DNA of 64,000 bases from an uncultured Verrucomicrobiae bacterium (GTDB lineage: Bacteria; Verrucomicrobiota; Verrucomicrobiia; Chthoniobacterales; Chthoniobacteraceae). The DNA is taken from positions 416,001-480,000 of the forward strand of contig CAWIKF010000002.1 of the NCBI GenBank assembly GCA_963836755.1. Direction: 5' to 3'. Positions 62,201 to 64,000 of the stretch are shown here, one piece after another; the stretch's first letter is position 1; each line of letters starts with the position of its first letter. The position numbers were made by a program, and so were the translations under genes. Below the pieces are notes generated by a model. That model saw only the letters and a program-made list of their open reading frames with translations. It was not told where the DNA came from and did not search any database.

Positions 62201-62433
62201 TGCGCTTCCGAAACCACGGACGCCGTTGGGAAATTTTTGACGATCGCGGTGTAGGCGTCGATCGCCTCCTTCGTCTTTCCCGAATTCGCCAGATCGAGCG
62301 CCGCGGCCGCCGCCTGATCGGCCGGAGTCGCTGGTGCCGCCGGCTGCTGCGCGCGCAGCATCGGGCCGAGGCACATTCCGAGAACCAGCGTCAAAAAAAG
62401 CGAAAGACGCGAGAGAAGGGAGAAACGAGTCAT
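59245..62433 (-). CDS. Large secreted TPR-repeat protein
   Basis: Signal peptide, then many YbgF/BamD-type repeats (..KFP.S..A..A.Y..G); start uncertain (62433 or 62463). Confidence 0.85.
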   Translation of the reverse strand: MTRFSLLSRLSLFLTLVLGMCLGPMLRAQQPAAPATPADQAAAAALDLANSGKTKEAIDAYTAIVKNFPTASVVSEAQFRIGYLNYLLGNYDASIAALQKILAPPAPPEIQELAYNLLPQVYTGKASKLPPDDPKRTAAYEDAIKQFDVFLQKFPTSDQAESAIYGRALALFQMGKYDEAAKNLRANLQKFTASESILESQYLLALTLAAEANQEVRGPSVSAQTRQKANGEFDESVKFLQDIVQRRTDPVLANDAQFQIGEILFARAEFAEPAQRDALFTAAINAYRSVEPKEIMVKMQEQRIAGMLQRIRAAAAARNVREIKRLQRLQEHEQAKLPVVEGAEGKAVAAQIKVGMVFFTLQKFDAARVLLQHYVQFATSEEQKKEILYFVTMSYISQVTIDTPPLAPATREELAQKGITGFDEFQKAYKNDPMAENLPYALGSMFLVNDPKINNPAKAIQYFDESLKNYPKGHLFNESMSQEASALIQLKRYDEATNLFKKFLATNPSKEQAAGAEFGLATIYRDQNKTDAAIAAFKNIRDKYPATPQGEQAAFWVGQMLLTKGDAKAAVPELQRYIKSFPDAAQIPTAIYTLGQAQTQANDKAGAMQTYKDLETKFPKSEAAPYAYFARATIFAGQQKVKEMLDELRAFITNYPDSDKIYFAYDSIAQNLVNAQKTSDAIATYLEMAEKHPKNPQAPAALYQAAELSRRGADSIGRYIALNEKQRSDWNKGIAASMESAEKLIEQYPDSEQVALGLQTLLNDQKMLLQAKQRTAAQVDQYFQQLAEKFASKPATKSKILFALAAFTYEQDKAKALVQMQAAYNPKLVYAPADLDLYGSALLENGKAPEAMAIYQKLATDFPNPAGVSPDKAPPQIAEAQATALYGIGKALQKEGKIAEAGKKFDELKKLYPWSPKILEANFGIAQSIVQQNKLDEAMNLLVQIIRAPTATAELRANSMLLGAQIQEKKNAFDAAIDYYLKIAVFYEAVAPAAAEGLWRGGQLLEAQAATLPESSSEKDKPTKPGQMAKAIRAYKDLVAKYPNSPLASKAKDRLSQLGQGT

Positions 62434-62502
62434 AGAGGTTTTTGAAAATACAAGACGTGTCACGGGCTTGCTACTTCATTTTGGCTAAGAATAATCGCCT
62501 CA

Positions 62503-62922
62503 ATGAAAAAAGGTTCGGCTTTGCTGATCGCCGTCGCGATCGCTGCTTTGTGCGCATTCCGCGTCGCGAAGTGCAGGCACCGCGAAGCGCCGTCGAACAT
62601 CGAGGGATTGGCCGATGCGTTAAAAAGGTCTGCCGAAAAAGATCTGACCGCGCCGCATCTCGCGAACGAGCAAATCATCCTCACCGCCGCGCGTGAGGAG
62701 CTGCAAAATCGCGCGCGGCAAGTCGTCGACGCCGCGATTCAGGCCGGCGGGACGGCAATCGAAAGCGACAATTCCGACGGCACTTCGACTGTTCTCGCGC
62801 AAATCCCATCGCGTAACGAAGGGCTTTTTCGGGGGCTGATCCAGCGCGGGCACGATGTTAAACAGAGCACAACGCCTGGCGGTGAAACACAATTGATCGA
62901 GGTGACGTTGAAACCGCAATGA
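62503..62922 (+). CDS. Hypothetical membrane-anchored protein
   Basis: N-terminal hydrophobic helix; ATGA overlap with the next gene. Confidence 0.65.
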   Translation: MKKGSALLIAVAIAALCAFRVAKCRHREAPSNIEGLADALKRSAEKDLTAPHLANEQIILTAAREELQNRARQVVDAAIQAGGTAIESDNSDGTSTVLAQIPSRNEGLFRGLIQRGHDVKQSTTPGGETQLIEVTLKPQ

Positions 62923-63623
62923 TCGCGATCACGTTTGCGCTGCCGCAGGAAAGCAGCGACCTGCTTCGACGGCTCACGGATCGCCGCAAATCCTCGACCG
63001 GCCGGCTCACGGTTTATGAGGGTAAAATTGATGCGCAAGCTGTCGCCATTTGTCACACGGGCATTGGTCGCGATTCAGCGGCGCGCGCGATGCATGAACT
63101 TTTTCATAGCCATCGCCCGCAAACCCTGATCAGCGCAGGCTTTGCCGGCGGTCTCGATCCGCGGCTGCAATGCGCGGATTTGGTCGTCGCCGTTAATTTT
63201 TCCGATTCAGATCTTCTCGATGCGGCCCGCCACGCCTGCCGCGACGCAAGCCGTTGCTATTTTGGGACACTTACCACGCAACCCGAAGTCGCCGAAACTG
63301 AAGCCGACAAGCTGCAGCTCGGCCGGCAAACCGGGGCCTCCGCCGTGGATATGGAAACCTCGGTCATCGCCGAATCGTGCCACAATTTCAGCGTGCCGAT
63401 GCTGTCCGTGCGCGGCGTTAGCGACCGCGTGAGCGACGCTCTGCCGGTTCCGTTTCCCGTCTGGTTTGACTTGAAAAATCAGCGACCACGCCCCGTGGCG
63501 CTGCTGCAATATCTTGTGCTTCATCCGCGGAAAATCATGCCCTTCGTTCGCTTCGTTCGCGGAATCGACGTTGCACGCGCGCGGCTCACGGATTATTTGC
63601 TGGAGCTGATTCCAGCGCTTTGA
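62919..63623 (+). CDS. Nucleoside phosphorylase/MTA-SAH nucleosidase superfamily protein
   Basis: FALPQE, TGIG, SAGFAGGL, AVDMETS, VRGVSD. Confidence 0.85.
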   Translation: MIAITFALPQESSDLLRRLTDRRKSSTGRLTVYEGKIDAQAVAICHTGIGRDSAARAMHELFHSHRPQTLISAGFAGGLDPRLQCADLVVAVNFSDSDLLDAARHACRDASRCYFGTLTTQPEVAETEADKLQLGRQTGASAVDMETSVIAESCHNFSVPMLSVRGVSDRVSDALPVPFPVWFDLKNQRPRPVALLQYLVLHPRKIMPFVRFVRGIDVARARLTDYLLELIPAL

Positions 63624-63636
63624 ACCTCTTCTAATC

Positions 63637-64000
63637 ATGCCCGAACGCCCGCGCATTTTATCCGGAATCAAGCCGACCGGCCCGCTGCACATCGGAAATT
63701 ATTTTGGAATGATGCGGCCCGCGATCGCGTGGCAGGAAAAAGGCGAGGCGCTCTATTTCATCGCGGATTATCACGCGCTGACGACGCTGCGCGACCCGGA
63801 GTTGCTGCGAAAATATTCCCGGGATGTTGCGCTTGATTTTTTAGCCTGCGGTCTCAATCCAAAGCATGCGACATTGTTTAAACAATCAGATGTTCCGCAG
63901 GTTTGTGAGCTCACGTGGATTTTAAGCACGCTCACGCCAATGCCGATGCTCGAAAATTCACACGCCTACAAGGCGCACGTCGCGCGCGGCGGCACGCCCA
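63637..64000 (+). CDS. trpS: Tryptophanyl-tRNA synthetase (partial, runs off the right edge)
   Basis: RILSGIKPTGPLHIGNYFG, FIADYHALT, LFKQSDVP. Not present in the ORF track. Confidence 0.93.
   Translation, partial: MPERPRILSGIKPTGPLHIGNYFGMMRPAIAWQEKGEALYFIADYHALTTLRDPELLRKYSRDVALDFLACGLNPKHATLFKQSDVPQVCELTWILSTLTPMPMLENSHAYKAHVARGGTP

Noticed and set aside
62919..63623. hpnG (hopanoid pathway) assignment
   Set aside because: The family fits, but no hopanoid genes are adjacent, so a specific symbol is not supported.

Overview
GC-rich bacterial chromosome segment, most likely Verrucomicrobiota (inferred from integrase style, mcsAB-clpC without ctsR, a stand-alone SWIB protein and A-cleaved prepilins). 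Bases 1-10.76 kb are accessory DNA around a tRNA-Leu(TAG) at 3631-3712. To its left is the end of a compact integrative, satellite-like element: intact tyrosine integrase divergent from the tRNA 5' end, excisionase-like HTH, a frameshifted HTH replication-type gene containing a palindrome, and a convergent gene end resembling type I R-M HsdR. To its right is a ~7 kb integrase-less, deletion-scarred island closed by a 55-bp copy of the tRNA 3' part; it carries a PL9 lyase, a P1B-5 ATPase, an SGNH esterase and remnants of chrA, GH2, GNAT and YoaK genes. The rest is mostly core genome: hicB-like-uvrD, ilvE-mcsA-mcsB-clpC, a CHASE3 sensor, an alternative complex III operon ending at coxB, GH15, msrB, ppc, serS, BrnTA, xylB, a phosphate-starvation cluster (plcP-like, porin, PTS IIA, ClC, pstSCAB-phoU with 11-bp periodic Pho-box-like arrays), a minor-pilin cluster, SWIB, tal, glcD-like, fabV, nth, a large TPR protein and partial trpS. 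No CRISPR array or rRNA was seen. All calls come from motif recognition by eye; no database searches were run.
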